Assembly: GCA_964504305.1 (NCBI GenBank)
Contig: CAZDEB010000004.1
Location: 75,441 to 139,440, forward strand
Direction of reading: 5' to 3'
Source of the DNA: an uncultured Candidatus Nemicrothrix sp.
GTDB lineage: Bacteria; Actinomycetota; Acidimicrobiia; Acidimicrobiales; Aldehydirespiratoraceae
Length of the DNA: 64,000 bases
Part shown: positions 47,989 through 57,840 of the stretch, one piece after another
Layout of the letters: each line of letters begins with the position of its first letter
Numbering within the stretch: the first letter of the stretch is position 1
Notes under the pieces: generated by a model
Seen by the model: the letters and a program-made list of their open reading frames with translations, nothing else
What the model was told of the DNA's origin: nothing
The model's database searches: none
Position numbers and translations under genes: made by a program

Positions 47989-49406
47989 CGCAGGTCTCAC
48001 CCGACAGGCCAGTGACGCTTGCGCCCATTGGTGGGCGGGCCGTTGGGGCCCTCGCTGAGGCGGTTCTGTTCGTAGTGATCGCGGCGGCCGTGGCGGTCGT
48101 CGAGTATTTTGTCAGCGGCCCAATCGGCTCATTTGGGCCGTCCAATTTTTGGATTGCGTTGGTGATCCTGGCGTTGTGGAGCGCCTGGTATTGGCCGAGT
48201 GGTCAGACCCTGGGCGCAGTGTTGACCGGTCGATACGTTTCGATGCCTGACGGCCGCCCGGCCGCCCCATTGACCATGGCGGCGAGGGAACTCAGCCGCT
48301 TTGGCCTGCTGTACGCCCTGCCGCTGTTGGCCTTCGGGCTCAATGTCGGGTGGACGGCTGTAATCGCGGCGATCGTCGGCGGGCTGATCGCGGTTCGTGG
48401 CGATCGCCGAGCGCCGTGGGACTCTCTGCTTGGCACCACCGTGGCGACCGCCGCGGGAACGTCGACATCACCCGTCACGGCGCCGGTCCGATCGGTACAG
48501 GACCTAAAACTGGATCCTCGACGCACCGCCCAAAACGTTCGGGCCCGCCGGTTGCTGTTTGGCTTTGCCATGTCGTCGGTGGTTATCAGTGTGTTGATCA
48601 TGTGGAACATGTTCAGCGAGGCTTTCGACTTTGTGGCCGCTGAGGAGTTCTCGTGGCAGTCGTTGACCGACATTGGGTGGTTTCCACGCCGGGGTTTGTT
48701 CGACCTGTCGACGCTGTTTGTCGGGACCTTGTGGGTAACGGGTATTGCTATTGCTTTGGCCGGTCCGGTGGGTCTTGGTGTGGCGTTCTATTTGTCGGAG
48801 TATGCGTCGCCGCGGGTGCGGGGGTTCGTCAAACCACTGATCGAAACCCTAGCCAGCATCCCGTCGGTCGTGCTCGGTTTGTTTGCCATCAGCTTCATAG
48901 CTCCGACGATTCTGCAGCCCGTCGATGCCAGCATCGGCATCTTTTCGTTGCTGGCGGCCGGTCTCGGGGTTGGAGTTTTGACGGTGCCGATCGTGGCATC
49001 GATTTCCGAAGATGCTCTGCGGTCGGTTCCCCGCGAACTGCGAGAGGCCTCGTTTGGGCTCGGTGCCCGCAAGGCCACCACGGCTCTGAGGGTGGTTTTC
49101 CCGGCGGCCCTGTCGGGGATCTCTGCCGCGTTCATCGTGGCGATCTCGAGAGCCATCGGCGAGACGATGGTCGTTTACATCGCCGCAGGCGGCTCGGGCG
49201 GCGCGGTATTCGAGGTTGATCCCCGCCAAAGCGGGCAGACCCTCACCGCGGCGATGGCCTCTTTGGGCGCCGGCACCGACAGCGTGGCCGGTGTCGGTAT
49301 TGCCTTCCAGAGTTTGTATTTCCTCGGTGCGGTTTTGTTCGTGATCACCATGGTGCTCAACGTGTTGTCCGACGTTGTGGTGCGCAGATTCAGGCAGGTG
49401 TACTGA
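47952..49406 (+). CDS. pstC: RDD-domain::PstC fusion (phosphate ABC permease with about 170-aa N-terminal RDD-like membrane domain)
   Basis: 484 aa. The C-terminal ~310 aa is PstC (LSEYASPRVRGFVKPLIETLASIPSVVLG). The N-terminus has RDD-like features (GGRAVGALAEAVLF..., SGQTLGAVLTGRYVSMPDG, RRAPWDSLLGTTV). GTG 47979 is an alternative start. Confidence 0.85.
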   Translation: MEQPDYRAFVGVAQVSPDRPVTLAPIGGRAVGALAEAVLFVVIAAAVAVVEYFVSGPIGSFGPSNFWIALVILALWSAWYWPSGQTLGAVLTGRYVSMPDGRPAAPLTMAARELSRFGLLYALPLLAFGLNVGWTAVIAAIVGGLIAVRGDRRAPWDSLLGTTVATAAGTSTSPVTAPVRSVQDLKLDPRRTAQNVRARRLLFGFAMSSVVISVLIMWNMFSEAFDFVAAEEFSWQSLTDIGWFPRRGLFDLSTLFVGTLWVTGIAIALAGPVGLGVAFYLSEYASPRVRGFVKPLIETLASIPSVVLGLFAISFIAPTILQPVDASIGIFSLLAAGLGVGVLTVPIVASISEDALRSVPRELREASFGLGARKATTALRVVFPAALSGISAAFIVAISRAIGETMVVYIAAGGSGGAVFEVDPRQSGQTLTAAMASLGAGTDSVAGVGIAFQSLYFLGAVLFVITMVLNVLSDVVVRRFRQVY

Positions 49407-50323
49407 TGCCAGCACCTACACAAATCAGACTCGACCAATTGCGCCGCCGTAAGGGGGCCGACGTCTTCGGCCAGGTGTTTCTGCTGTTGTTGTTGACGTC
49501 GGTGATCGTCGCCTTTGCGATGGTTGGTTCGGTGATCTGGGATGTCCTGGTAGAGGCCTGGGACCTGATCAGCCACGACATCTGGAACTTCGTTTCCTCC
49601 GCGTCGTCCTCCGAGGCGTCCAAAGCGGGCGTTGCTCAGGGAATCCGCGGCACGCTGATGATCGCCGGGATCGTGATCTTGACCTTCCCAATCGGTATTG
49701 GATCGGCGATCTATCTCGAAGAGTACGCCGACGACACCCGGGCGTCCCGGCTGATTCAAGTGACCGTGCGCAACCTCGCTGGTGTGCCATCGATTGTTTA
49801 CGGCCTGCTGGGGTTGGCGGTCTTCGCAAAGTCCTTGGGCGGTCTCACCGGCGGTTCGAGCGTTATCGCGGCTGGGCTGACCTTGGCCGTCCTCGTTCTT
49901 CCGGTTGTGGTGATCACCGCCGCCGAAGCAATCAGAGCGGTGCCGTCGTCATTACGCGACGGAGCGTACGGACTCGGCGCGACGCAGTGGGAAGTGGTGA
50001 AGACGCAAGTTGTCCCGGCCGCGCTCCCCAGCATCCTGACCGGCACCGTTCTGGCCATCGCCCGAGCTCTGGGCGAAGCTGCACCGTTGTTGGTCATTGG
50101 CGCCGTTGGCTTTTACACCACCGGCAACAACGACTTTGTCGAACAACTCCAAGGGGCGTTCACCGCCTTGCCCATGAACATCGCCAATTTCGCTCGACTG
50201 CCGGCCGATACGTGGCGTGGCCACGCCGCGGCGGCCAGTCTCGTGCTGTTGGCCTTGGTATTTATGATCAACCTGGTGGCGATCATCGCCCGTTCCCGCA
50301 TCTCGAAACGCCTTGGGCGCTGA
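49406..50323 (+). CDS. pstA: Phosphate ABC transporter permease PstA
   Basis: 305 aa. ATGA-type junction with pst[30 protein letters not shown]. Confidence 0.9.
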   Translation: MPAPTQIRLDQLRRRKGADVFGQVFLLLLLTSVIVAFAMVGSVIWDVLVEAWDLISHDIWNFVSSASSSEASKAGVAQGIRGTLMIAGIVILTFPIGIGSAIYLEEYADDTRASRLIQVTVRNLAGVPSIVYGLLGLAVFAKSLGGLTGGSSVIAAGLTLAVLVLPVVVITAAEAIRAVPSSLRDGAYGLGATQWEVVKTQVVPAALPSILTGTVLAIARALGEAAPLLVIGAVGFYTTGNNDFVEQLQGAFTALPMNIANFARLPADTWRGHAAAASLVLLALVFMINLVAIIARSRISKRLGR

Positions 50324-50339
50324 GGCAGAGAAGACGTCT

Positions 50340-51176
50340 ATGACCGGTCCAAACATTCGTTCCCTCGCCAGCTCTTCGGAGCCGCTCGACGACACCGCTG
50401 ACGTGGTGTTCGAAGTCGAGGGACTCAACGTCCTCTACGGCGATCACCGGGCGGTCGGCGACGTCGACATCACTATCCGCGAACGGGAGATCACCGCGTT
50501 CATTGGTCCTTCGGGCTGTGGCAAATCCACCGTTCTGCGCTGTTTCAACCGAATGAACGATCTGATCGATATCGCTCGGGTTGAAGGGTCGGTCAAATAC
50601 CACGGAATCGACCTGTACGACCCGCAGGTAGACCCGGTGGCGGTTCGTCGGCGGATCGGCATGGTGTTTCAAAAGCCCAACCCGTTCCCCAAGTCGATAT
50701 TTGACAACGTTGCCTACGGCCCTCGCGTGGGCGGACAGCGCAGTGGGCTCGACGAGGTCGTCGAACGTTCGTTGCGTAGCGCCGGACTGTGGGAAGAGGT
50801 GAAGGATCGCCTCGACACTTCGGCGCTCGGAATGTCGGGTGGTCAACAACAACGTCTGTGCATCGCCCGGGCCATTGCCGTGAACCCCGACGTGTTGTTG
50901 ATGGACGAACCTTGTTCGGCTCTTGACCCGATCGCCACGGGTCGCATCGAGGAACTCATGAAGGAGATCCAGAACGAGTACACGATCGTCATCGTGACCC
51001 ACAACATGCAACAGGCTGCTCGGGTGAGCGACCGCACTGCCTTCTTTACCGCCGAAGTTGATGCGCACAGCGGGCAACGGCGAGGCAAACTCGTTGAGTT
51101 CAACGAGACTGGCACGATCTTTTCGAACCCTGATGACGAACGAACCGAAGCGTACGTCACGGGCCGGTTCGGATGA
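50340..51176 (+). CDS. pstB: Phosphate ABC transporter ATP-binding protein PstB
   Basis: Start set at ATG 50340. Walker [10 protein letters not shown], signature [14 protein letters not shown], PstB-typical ending [10 protein letters not shown]. Confidence 0.95.
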   Translation: MTGPNIRSLASSSEPLDDTADVVFEVEGLNVLYGDHRAVGDVDITIREREITAFIGPSGCGKSTVLRCFNRMNDLIDIARVEGSVKYHGIDLYDPQVDPVAVRRRIGMVFQKPNPFPKSIFDNVAYGPRVGGQRSGLDEVVERSLRSAGLWEEVKDRLDTSALGMSGGQQQRLCIARAIAVNPDVLLMDEPCSALDPIATGRIEELMKEIQNEYTIVIVTHNMQQAARVSDRTAFFTAEVDAHSGQRRGKLVEFNETGTIFSNPDDERTEAYVTGRFG

Positions 51177-51240
51177 CTTCTGAGGTTCGGAACCGGGCGT
51201 TTTGGCTGCGGCTGACGTACCGTCGAGAGGAAAACTGGTC

Positions 51241-52695
51241 ATGGAGAAGAACGTGAACGAAATTCGATCACAACTCGATGAACGGCTTGGTCTGATCGAG
51301 CAGCGCCTGCTCGAGATGGTCGAGTTGGTGGCAACGCGTGTCGGCGAGGTCACCACTGCGATGCTCGAGGGCGATGTTGCCTTGGCCGACACTTTGGTCG
51401 CGGGTGACGACGATATCGACCTCTTGTCGCTGCAGGTCGAAGAAGGTTGTGTCGATACGTTGGTGCGCGAGCAGCCCGTCGCGTCGGACCTGAGGTTCGT
51501 GGTCGCGTCGATGCACATGAACAGCGATATCGAGCGCAGCGGCGATCTCGTCGTCAACATTGCCAAGGCGGTCGGTCGACTTCAGGGCGCCCATCCCGAC
51601 GATCATGTCCGGGAGTTGGTGGCGCGTATGTCGGCTCTTGCGCAAGAACTGCTTCGCCGGGCCGCCGAGGCCTTCGAGAACCGCGACGCCCAACTAGCGG
51701 AGTCGATCGACGAGCTTGATGACTTGCTCGACGACATGCACTATCGCTATATCCAGTACGTCATCCAGGATGCTCGCCGTGGGGCGCTCGACCCTCAACA
51801 ATCGCTACAGCTAGCCCTGGTTGGTCGGTTCTACGAACGCATCGGCGATCACGCCGAGAACTTGGGTGAGCGGGTCCGTTACATCGTCGACGGTTGGTTG
51901 CCCGAGACCCAAGCCGCCGAGCGGGCCCGGGCTCGGGTTCAACTCGACGAGCCCCACACGAGCCGAGGACTCGCGGTGATCGACACCATTGCCGAAGAGC
52001 GACGAATCGACGCGATCCGGCGCGACTTTGTGGCCAACGTTTCTCACGAGCTCAAGACCCCGGTCGGGGCTATGAGCCTGTTGGCCGAAACGCTCACCGC
52101 AGAGTCCGAGACCGCCGATCGCGAACGTTTGGCTTCGTTGCTTCGGAAAGAAGCCAAACGCGTCGAGGACATCATCGATGATCTGCTCGAACTCACCCGC
52201 CTCGAGGAAGCCGAGAACGAGCTTGAGACCTTGTCGATCGGCGATCTAGTGGCGAGATCGGTCGAAAAGGTCGCCACTTTGGCCGGTGGTTTGCGAGTCG
52301 AGGTGGCCACTGTTGGGTTGCCTTGCGACACCGAAATCCAGGGCGACCGGCGAGCGTTGGTTCGGGCTATCACCAACCTGATAGACAACGCGGTCCGTTA
52401 CTCAGAACCCGAGCAACAGGTGACGGTCTCGGTTGAGGCCCGTGCGGAATCGGTCGCAGTCGCAATCCGCGATCATGGCGTGGGTATTCCGCGGGCCGAG
52501 CTCGAACGGGTCTTCGAGCGGTTCTATCGCGTTGATCGGGCCCGGAGTCGAGAGACCGGCGGCACCGGTCTGGGGCTGGCCATCGTGCGTCACGTCGCCG
52601 AGAATCACGGCGGGCGGGTGCTGGTCGAGTCGAAGCCCGGCGATGGGTCCACGTTCTCCATCGAATTGCCAAGGGCAGACGCAGAAACGCTGTGA
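51241..52695 (+). CDS. PhoU-domain::sensor histidine kinase fusion (soluble SenX3/PhoR-like kinase)
   Basis: Start set at ATG 51241. 484 aa with no hydrophobic TM segment. Two PhoU repeats (SDIERSGDLVVNIAK; FYERIGDHAENLGERV), then HisKA (FVANVSHELKTPVG) and HATPase_c (NLIDNAVRY...GGTGLGLAIV). Confidence 0.85.
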   Translation: MEKNVNEIRSQLDERLGLIEQRLLEMVELVATRVGEVTTAMLEGDVALADTLVAGDDDIDLLSLQVEEGCVDTLVREQPVASDLRFVVASMHMNSDIERSGDLVVNIAKAVGRLQGAHPDDHVRELVARMSALAQELLRRAAEAFENRDAQLAESIDELDDLLDDMHYRYIQYVIQDARRGALDPQQSLQLALVGRFYERIGDHAENLGERVRYIVDGWLPETQAAERARARVQLDEPHTSRGLAVIDTIAEERRIDAIRRDFVANVSHELKTPVGAMSLLAETLTAESETADRERLASLLRKEAKRVEDIIDDLLELTRLEEAENELETLSIGDLVARSVEKVATLAGGLRVEVATVGLPCDTEIQGDRRALVRAITNLIDNAVRYSEPEQQVTVSVEARAESVAVAIRDHGVGIPRAELERVFERFYRVDRARSRETGGTGLGLAIVRHVAENHGGRVLVESKPGDGSTFSIELPRADAETL

Positions 52696-53384
52696 GCGGC
52701 CCGGTTACCGTCCTCGTCGTCGATGACGAACCTTCCTTTCGAGAAGGCCTCCGTCACGCGCTCAAACAGGAAGGATTTGTGGTGCACCTGGCCGCTGACG
52801 GCCGAGAGGCTCTCGAAATGTTTGACGCCCATCGCCCTGATCTGGTGCTGCTTGACGTGATGTTGCCCCGATTGTCCGGGCTTGATGTTTGCCGCAAAAT
52901 CCGAGCCGACCACCAAACACCGATCATCATGGTGTCGGCTCGCAACGAGGAAATCGACGCAGTCGTCGCCTTGGAGGTCGGTGCCGACGACTATGTTGCG
53001 AAGCCGTACCGGGTGCGCGAGTTGGTCGCCCGGATGCGCACCGTCTTGCGTCGTTCCGGGACACCCAACGAGACCACCGAGTCGAACCATCTCGTTGTTG
53101 GGGCGATCGTGCTCGACAAAGAACGCCACGAGCTCGAGATAGATGCGGTGCCAGTGCAACTCCCACTGAAGGAATTCCAGTTGTTGGCCTTGCTGATGGA
53201 GAACGCCGGCATTGTTGTGACCCGTCAAACCCTCATCGATCGGGTGTGGGGTTATGACTATGTCGGCGACACCAAGACGCTGGATGTGCACATCAAACGG
53301 CTTCGGGCCAAGGTCGAGCCCCATCCCGATTCGCCCGAACGCATTGTGACGATCCGCGGGTTGGGTTACAAGCTCAACGCCTGA
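52692..53384 (+). CDS. OmpR/PhoB-family response regulator (RegX3/PhoP-like)
   Basis: 230 aa. VLVVDDEPSF...DLVLLDVMLP... winged-helix end TIRGLGYKL. GTGA overlap with the kinase. Confidence 0.92.
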   Translation: MSGPVTVLVVDDEPSFREGLRHALKQEGFVVHLAADGREALEMFDAHRPDLVLLDVMLPRLSGLDVCRKIRADHQTPIIMVSARNEEIDAVVALEVGADDYVAKPYRVRELVARMRTVLRRSGTPNETTESNHLVVGAIVLDKERHELEIDAVPVQLPLKEFQLLALLMENAGIVVTRQTLIDRVWGYDYVGDTKTLDVHIKRLRAKVEPHPDSPERIVTIRGLGYKLNA

Positions 53385-53411
53385 CCTGCGCTGTCGTCGC
53401 TCGTCGCTAAG

Positions 53412-55622
53412 GTGACCGAGATGTCTGAGTCGCCCCTGCTTGCCGGGCTCAATCCGGCCCAATACGACGCGGTCCTGCACCGTGGCGGCCCGTTGCTGGT
53501 GGTTGCCGGAGCCGGTTCGGGCAAGACCCGCGTCCTGACTCACCGGATCGCCCAGTTGATCGACGACGGCTTGTCGCCGTTCGAGATTCTTGCCATCACG
53601 TTCACCAACAAAGCCGCGGGCGAGATGAAATCTCGGGTTGGCGGGTTGGTTGGCCCCGTCGCCGAGAAGATGTGGGTGTCGACTTTTCATTCTGCTTGTG
53701 TGCGCATTTTGCGCCGCGATGTCGACCGGCTGGGGTTCCCCGGTCGTTTCTCGATCTACGACCAGGCCGACGCGGTGCGTCTCACCGGGTACGTGATCCG
53801 CGACCTCAATCTCGACCCCAAACGGTTCCCGCCTCGTTCGGTTCACGGTGCGATCTCGGCGGCCAAGAACGAAAACATCGGCCCCGAGCTCTACGCCGAG
53901 CAAGCCGAACAGATCTTCCAACGCAAGCTGTCCGATGTCTACTTCGAGTATCAGAAACGTCTGCTCACCGCGGGCGCGATGGATTTCGACGATCTGCTCA
54001 TGCGCACCTGCGAACTGTTTCGTACCCATCCCGACGTGCTCGACAGTTGGCGTCGGCGCTTTGGCCACGTACTCGTCGACGAGTACCAAGACACCAACCC
54101 GGTGCAAAACGATCTGGTGCTGATGCTGGCCGAGGAGCATCGCCAAGTAACGGTGGTGGGCGACTCCGACCAGAGCGTCTATTCGTTCCGCGGCGCCGAT
54201 ATCCGCAACATTCTCGATTTCGAAGAGGCGTTCCCCGACGCGAGCGTGATCGTGCTCGAACAGAACTACCGATCAAGCCAGTCGATCCTCGATGCGGCCA
54301 ACGCGGTCATTGCCAAAAACCTCGGGCGCAAACCCAAAGAGCTGTGGACCGATCAAGGGGCCGGCGAACAGATCACCCGTTATCACGCCGACGACGAGTC
54401 CGACGAAGCTCAGTTCGTGGCCAACGAGCTGGCCAAGCTCCACGACCACGAGCACATGCGATGGGGCGAGATGGCGGTTTTTTACCGAACCAACTCGATG
54501 TCGCGTGTCATCGAAGAGTTCCTCGTACGCGTCGGTATCCCTTACAAAGTGGTGGGCGGCACCAGATTCTACGACCGCCGCGAAATCAAGGATGCCATCG
54601 GCTATCTGCGAGCCATTGTCAACCCGACCGACGAAGTCAGCGTCAAGCGGGTCATCAACGTGCCCAAGCGTGGGGTTGGCGATACCTCGATTGGCAAGCT
54701 CAACGCGTGGGCGTCGGCTCATGGCGAGTCGTTCGATCAGGCGGTCTTGCGCTTCGACGAAGCTGGTGTCCGCGGCCAGGCCGCGACCGGCATCGAGAAG
54801 TTCTTGGTCATGACCTCCGAGATCCGCAAACTCAACGCCGGGCCCGCCACCATCATCGAAGAAGCGTTGGAACGCTCCGGCTATCTCGAAGAGCTCCAAA
54901 CCGAAAGGTCGGTCGAGGCCGAAGGACGCCTCGAAAACCTGTCCGAACTGGTCGGCATGGCCCGCGAGTACGAGACGGTCGACGAGTTTCTCGAGCAAAT
55001 CAGTTTGGTGGCCGACACCGACGATCTCGACGATGACGAATCAAGCGTCACCCTCATGACCTTGCACGCCGCCAAGGGGCTCGAATACCCGGTGGTGTTC
55101 CTGATCGGTATGGAAGACGGGGTGTTCCCTCACATCCGAGCGTTGGGGGAGCCGGCCGAACTAGAAGAAGAACGCCGCCTCGCTTATGTGGGTATCACTC
55201 GGGCCATGCAACGGCTCTATCTCACTAGTGCGTGGAGCCGGATGATGCACGGAACCACCCAGTACAACCCGCCGAGTCGGTTCATCGACGAGATCCCGTC
55301 GGAGTTGATCGACGAAATCGGCGGCGCGCGCATGTTGCGATCTCGACGCGATCGCTCCGGTTACGGCGGCGATCGTCAGCGAGTGGCCAGACACCGCGAG
55401 TCGATCGTCGATCAGGCTATGGCTGCGGCACAGCGCCCTTCGCCGTCGGGGGCCGAACAGATGGGGTTGCGTATCGGCGACGATGTGCGTCACAGCCAGT
55501 GGGGCGAGGGCGTCATTGTCGATATCGAGGGCATCGGTGACAAAGCCGAAGCGTCGGTGTATTTCGCCTCCGAAGGCGAAAAGCGGTTGTTGCTGAGTTG
55601 GGCGCCGCTCGAGAAGATCTAG
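53412..55622 (+). CDS. pcrA: ATP-dependent DNA helicase PcrA/UvrD
   Basis: 736 aa. LNPAQYDAV...AGAGSGKTRVLTHRIA...VDEYQDTN...TLHAAKGLEYPVVF. Confidence 0.93.
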   Translation: MTEMSESPLLAGLNPAQYDAVLHRGGPLLVVAGAGSGKTRVLTHRIAQLIDDGLSPFEILAITFTNKAAGEMKSRVGGLVGPVAEKMWVSTFHSACVRILRRDVDRLGFPGRFSIYDQADAVRLTGYVIRDLNLDPKRFPPRSVHGAISAAKNENIGPELYAEQAEQIFQRKLSDVYFEYQKRLLTAGAMDFDDLLMRTCELFRTHPDVLDSWRRRFGHVLVDEYQDTNPVQNDLVLMLAEEHRQVTVVGDSDQSVYSFRGADIRNILDFEEAFPDASVIVLEQNYRSSQSILDAANAVIAKNLGRKPKELWTDQGAGEQITRYHADDESDEAQFVANELAKLHDHEHMRWGEMAVFYRTNSMSRVIEEFLVRVGIPYKVVGGTRFYDRREIKDAIGYLRAIVNPTDEVSVKRVINVPKRGVGDTSIGKLNAWASAHGESFDQAVLRFDEAGVRGQAATGIEKFLVMTSEIRKLNAGPATIIEEALERSGYLEELQTERSVEAEGRLENLSELVGMAREYETVDEFLEQISLVADTDDLDDDESSVTLMTLHAAKGLEYPVVFLIGMEDGVFPHIRALGEPAELEEERRLAYVGITRAMQRLYLTSAWSRMMHGTTQYNPPSRFIDEIPSELIDEIGGARMLRSRRDRSGYGGDRQRVARHRESIVDQAMAAAQRPSPSGAEQMGLRIGDDVRHSQWGEGVIVDIEGIGDKAEASVYFASEGEKRLLLSWAPLEKI

Positions 55623-56509
55623 CTCTCGGCTTCGTCGTGATGGCGGCGAATCACGTACACAAACGTTTCGCCCACAAACGGGGGTGTGGGCCGCAACCGC
55701 GCAACTAGCCGTGACCACATCGGCGGTTCGATCGATACTGGTTCGATTTGCGAAACACCGCTGGGGGCGAAGCCGGTTGCTTGCCAGAACGAACCGCGGA
55801 GCCACCGCTTGAATCGTGCAACCAAAGACCCGGTTCGGCGAGCCGCGATGGTGGTGAACGCCGCGCTTAGGACCAGGCCGTGACGCTCCGCCAGTTCGGC
55901 TATGCCGCTGGGAAAGGCGTAGCTCACGTGGTCGACGTTTTCCCACACGATGCCTCGCTGGCCGGCCCGGACTCGCTGAGGCGCGTAAGGATTGGGGGTG
56001 GTGAGGATCAGCTCGCCGCGCCCACTCAACCCTTCTTCGGCCACCGCAAAGAGCATGTCGAGATTGGCGACGTGTTCGATCAGTTCGCCGGCGGTGATGA
56101 GGTCGAACGGACCTCGTTGCGCGAGCGGACCGAGCCCAGCGGAGAGGTCGTGAGCCACGGCATCGAAGCCGCGGTCGACCATGGCCCGAACGCCTGCCTC
56201 GAGGATGTCGACGCCCACACACCGGTCGGCGGCGTCGGCTATCTGACGATGCAGCCAATCGGGCGACTCCATTCGTGCTTCGTCATGGGCCACACAACCA
56301 ATGTCGAGCACGTTGCGGCCGCGGGCCCGCTCAACCAGGAATTCGTGGCGACTCCGGATCGGCGGCCGCCACGCCGATGCCAACCGTCTGGCGCGGTGGG
56401 CGACCGCATCAATGTTGTTTGGATCAGAGGCCGCGTCGCTCCAACGGGCAACTCGGGCTGAAGATTGCGCCGCGGCATCGAACGCCGCGGCACGGTTGTG
56501 GCGGGCCAT
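55619..56509 (-). CDS. Class I SAM-dependent methyltransferase (putative)
   Basis: 296 aa. Motif-I-like NVLDIGCVAHDE and post-I/II spacing (CVGVDIL...FDLITAGELIEHV). Substrate unknown. Confidence 0.6.
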   Translation of the reverse strand: MARHNRAAAFDAAAQSSARVARWSDAASDPNNIDAVAHRARRLASAWRPPIRSRHEFLVERARGRNVLDIGCVAHDEARMESPDWLHRQIADAADRCVGVDILEAGVRAMVDRGFDAVAHDLSAGLGPLAQRGPFDLITAGELIEHVANLDMLFAVAEEGLSGRGELILTTPNPYAPQRVRAGQRGIVWENVDHVSYAFPSGIAELAERHGLVLSAAFTTIAARRTGSLVARFKRWLRGSFWQATGFAPSGVSQIEPVSIEPPMWSRLVARLRPTPPFVGETFVYVIRRHHDEAES

Positions 56510-56534
56510 GGTTCACAACCTAGGCCGAACGGTC

Positions 56535-57779
56535 TCAGGCCGGGGTGAACTCGCATTCCAAGTGTTTGACCCCGTTGATGAAGCTGGAACGAAGCCGATC
56601 GGGCTCACTGACGGCGTGAATATCTGGGACTCGCGTCAACAGTTCGCGATACATCTCGGTGATTTGGCGACGAGCGAGATGGGCGCCGAGACAGAAGTGG
56701 GGTCCCGGCCCGCCAAATCCGACGTGCGGGTTGGGGTCGCGGGTGATGTCGAATTGATCGGGCCGATCGAACACGGTTTCGTCGCGGTTGGCCGAGTTGT
56801 AAAACAGCACGATCTTGTCGCCTTCGTCGAAGGTGTGGCCCGCGAGTTCGGTCCCGTCGGCGGTGACGGTGCGCCTGAAGTGAATGACCGGCGTCGCCAT
56901 GCGGACGATTTCTTCGACCGCCCCGGCGATGTGGGCGTCGAAATCGGCGGCCAGCAGATCTCGTTGATCCGGGTTGTTGGTCAGGTAGTGCAGACCCCAC
57001 GCGATCGCGTTGCGGGTGGTCTCGCTGCCGGCGGCACACAACAGTACGAAGAAGCTTTGGATTTCTTCGACGGTCAGCCGGTCGCCGTCGATCTCGGCGT
57101 TGACCATTGCTGTTGTGAGATCGGCACGGTCTCGACCTCGACTGCTTTCGGCGATCTCGTTTATGAGCATGGCCAGAGCAGCGCCGGCCTCGAGGAACGC
57201 TTCGAGCGGATTCTTGTCTTCGGGGATGAACTCGGGGTCGCCGTTGCTCAAGATGATGTTGGTCTGATCAAACACATAGCCGTACTGGCTCTCGGGTATG
57301 CCCATCATGTCGCAGATGATCTTGACCGGTAACCAGCCCGCGACGTCGTTGACAAAATCGCATTGCCCTTTGTCGATGACGCGGTTCACGATTTCGTGGG
57401 CACCAGAACGAATATCGTCTTCCATTTTGGACAACATCCGCGGCGTGAAACCAGCCGATACCAGACGGCGAAGTCGGGCGTGACGAGGGTCGTCCATGTT
57501 GATCATCGAACCGAAGAAGTCGTTGAATTCGGCGGGAAGATCAGGAACGTTGGTGCCTTGGCCCGAACAAAACAATTCGGGTTTGCGGCTGGCCTCGACT
57601 ATGTCGGCGTGGCGGGTTATTGCCCAGTAGCCGGGTCCGGGCGGGAGGTATTCGGTTTCGTACTCCTCGAAGTGGATTGGGGCTTGCTGGCGAAGGGCGG
57701 CAAACGCGGCCTCTCGATCGGTCATCGGCAAGGTCCAGAAACCTTCGATATCCGAAAGGTTGATGTCGGCGAGATCCAT
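56535..57779 (-). CDS. Cytochrome P450
   Basis: 414 aa. Heme-thiolate loop FGGPGPHFCLGAHLAR, I-helix AGSETT, ExxR (EEIVRM). Confidence 0.93.
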   Translation of the reverse strand: MDLADINLSDIEGFWTLPMTDREAAFAALRQQAPIHFEEYETEYLPPGPGYWAITRHADIVEASRKPELFCSGQGTNVPDLPAEFNDFFGSMINMDDPRHARLRRLVSAGFTPRMLSKMEDDIRSGAHEIVNRVIDKGQCDFVNDVAGWLPVKIICDMMGIPESQYGYVFDQTNIILSNGDPEFIPEDKNPLEAFLEAGAALAMLINEIAESSRGRDRADLTTAMVNAEIDGDRLTVEEIQSFFVLLCAAGSETTRNAIAWGLHYLTNNPDQRDLLAADFDAHIAGAVEEIVRMATPVIHFRRTVTADGTELAGHTFDEGDKIVLFYNSANRDETVFDRPDQFDITRDPNPHVGFGGPGPHFCLGAHLARRQITEMYRELLTRVPDIHAVSEPDRLRSSFINGVKHLECEFTPA

Positions 57780-57840
57780 GACCTGACCCTAGATCGTCAT
57801 GGTTCGGCTGGCGAAAAGAGGTCGGTCAACTGCAAGGGGC

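Noticed and set aside
50283-51566. 427-aa minus-strand ORF
   Set aside because: Antisense to pstB and the PhoU-kinase gene. Shadow ORF.
52605-54146. 513-aa minus-strand ORF
   Set aside because: Antisense to the response regulator and pcrA, both of which have clear family motifs. No motifs in the antisense product.
53672-55036. 454-aa alternative-frame ORF inside pcrA
   Set aside because: Extremely Arg-rich. The PcrA frame carries all the helicase motifs.
55619-55622. CTAG shared by the convergent stop codons of pcrA (TAG) and the methyltransferase (TAG on the minus strand)
   Set aside because: It is real but a trivial consequence of tight convergent packing, with no functional claim to make.
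55161-57332. 365-aa minus ORF (alternative frame over the methyltransferase) and 343-aa plus ORF antisense to the P450
   Set aside because: Composition is atypical (Arg/Pro-rich, or no motifs). The methyltransferase and P450 frames carry the recognisable motifs.
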